A DNA stretch of 62,324 bases, filler included, from Jimgerdemannia flammicorona (Eukaryota), in the NCBI GenBank assembly GCA_003990765.1. It is 3 parts of 3 records of this genome, joined end to end, with 100 filler letters (N's around TTAATTAATTAA, not from the genome) between each part and the next. Parts side by side here need not be neighbours in the genome. Positions count along the whole stretch, not along the records: positions 41,622 to 62,324 come from RBNJ01001605.1; 2 more parts are not named here. One strand, given 5' to 3'. How positions within the stretch are numbered: position 1 is the first letter of the stretch; each line of letters begins with the position of its first letter. Under the pieces are notes generated by a model, which saw nothing but the letters and a program-made list of their open reading frames with translations, was not told the origin of the DNA and ran no database searches. A program made the translations under genes and the position numbers. Positions 61,071-62,324 of the stretch are shown in pieces.

Positions 61071-62324
61071 TCTGGGGGGAGGCTCTTAGAGGCTGGGAAG
61101 ATCACTATATCTCCCTAGTAGACTAGGTATTAATTCTGAATATCTACTGGTTCCCTGAGCTATAGTATATGGCCTATCACTTGGACTTCCCTGCTTGGGT
61201 GATGAAGAGACTGATGAAACTGGCTAGAGATTTGATTTGGGCTGAGAGGTGATCCCAGATCAGTTGAGATACTCTTTCAATATCAGTGATTTGAGGGGGA
61301 CTAGGACTGGTGGATTTTCCTAAGAGGATATACTGTCTGAGAGCTTGGTAGTTGAAGCAGACTATAGAACTGAGGGGAGGGAGATGGGTGCCACTGATAC
61401 AGAAGGTGTGGGAGATGAGATTCTCTCCAAGTGGGTCCTCAGGAGATTTGCTATCCCTGGTAGGCCTGGGTGAGAGCTGTTGGCTAAGATATAAAGGCTT
61501 ATGATAAGGGGTAGCAGATAGAGCATACTGCATAGACTTGTGCTAGTATAGCAATGAAGGGGAGATGTTATAGGAACTAGCTATATGGAGATAGAATAGA
61601 CTGCTTTTGGGGGATACTCTACTTATTGAGTTTGATATTGAGGATGGATTGGAGTGTCAGCAGAGACTCAGTCAGAATCTTTGGCCTGGAAGTTGCCAAG
61701 TAGTAAGGATTAGTGAGGAGTGGAATTGAACAGAAGTTTAGGCATGGAGTGCTGAAGTGTGAAGGTAGCTTCCTCCCAAGTTCTGAATAGTATGATGGTA
61801 GATACTATGGAGGAATATTATATTGAATTTCCATACTAGACATCTATTGGAATATGAGGAGTGCTACAATATAAGTCAAGTTGGGAAATTTGTACAGACT
61901 CCAGAATATTAGCTGGGAGAGTGCAAGGTTCTGAGAGACTTTTGGATAGCAGTAGGAGACTGACTGAGTATAGAGAGGAGATCAGATAGGGAGAGAGGTC
62001 ACTGAGAAGATTTAAGAACTAGGTTAGTGGGAGATGTGGGCAATGAATAGCTTACTATAGAGTGGGTTTTAGCTATATAGGTAGAGCTGGCTGGACATTG
62101 GCTCTTTGTTTTTGAGGAGAGATGATAGCTGGGTTTATAGGAGAGATTATTAAGATGGGAGAGATTGATGGGAGATTTGCTGACAGAGTGGTAGATTGGG
62201 TGGGGTCTCCAGGGTGGACATCACTACTGTCTGGTAAAAGAAATTTGTGAACAGAGTAGTAGGTGAGTGGAGGTGATTAATGACCTAGTGGTCTTTAATA
62301 GAGAGAGTGTGAGAGAGAGGGGGG
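61071..62324 (+). mobile_element. 5'-truncated LINE, copy 5 (ORF2 C-terminal part)
   Basis: Colinear with 16400-16876 + 18936-19311 and with ~36790-38000; GGLGLVDFPKR motif. Confidence 0.9.

Overview
Repeat-saturated eukaryotic DNA, most likely fungal; several motifs point to an arbuscular-mycorrhizal/Glomeromycota-like genome (inference). Three contigs are joined by artificial N-TTAATTAATTAA-N spacers (20712-20811, 41522-41621). I found no intact host gene, rRNA, tRNA or CRISPR. The window is a nest of transposons decayed by C>T/G>A changes: at least 7 pieces of a G-rich L1/Tx1-like LINE; a Ty3/gypsy element with a dUTPase (2186-10295); two chromodomain Ty3/gypsy elements (31333-40504, 52826-61070); a gag-protease-only LTR element with a Cys/His cluster (42866-49043); solo LTRs; a structurally complete DIRS1-type tyrosine-recombinase retrotransposon (22031-26829); a hAT MITE with a related hAT transposase relic; and a Sola-like transposase relic. 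Two observations stand out. (1) The long LTRs of two unrelated gypsy families each contain a self-contained gene in U3 (own TATA box, ORF, then the normal LTR TATA and polyA signal). The ORFs at 9023-9817 and 17167-18264 are homologous, and in one family the cassette differs between LTR copies that share the same ends. (2) An AT-rich, K/E-rich, operon-like segment (~49050-50850) resembles DNA of Mollicutes-related endobacteria (Ca. Moeniiplasma) embedded in and mutated like the nuclear repeats.
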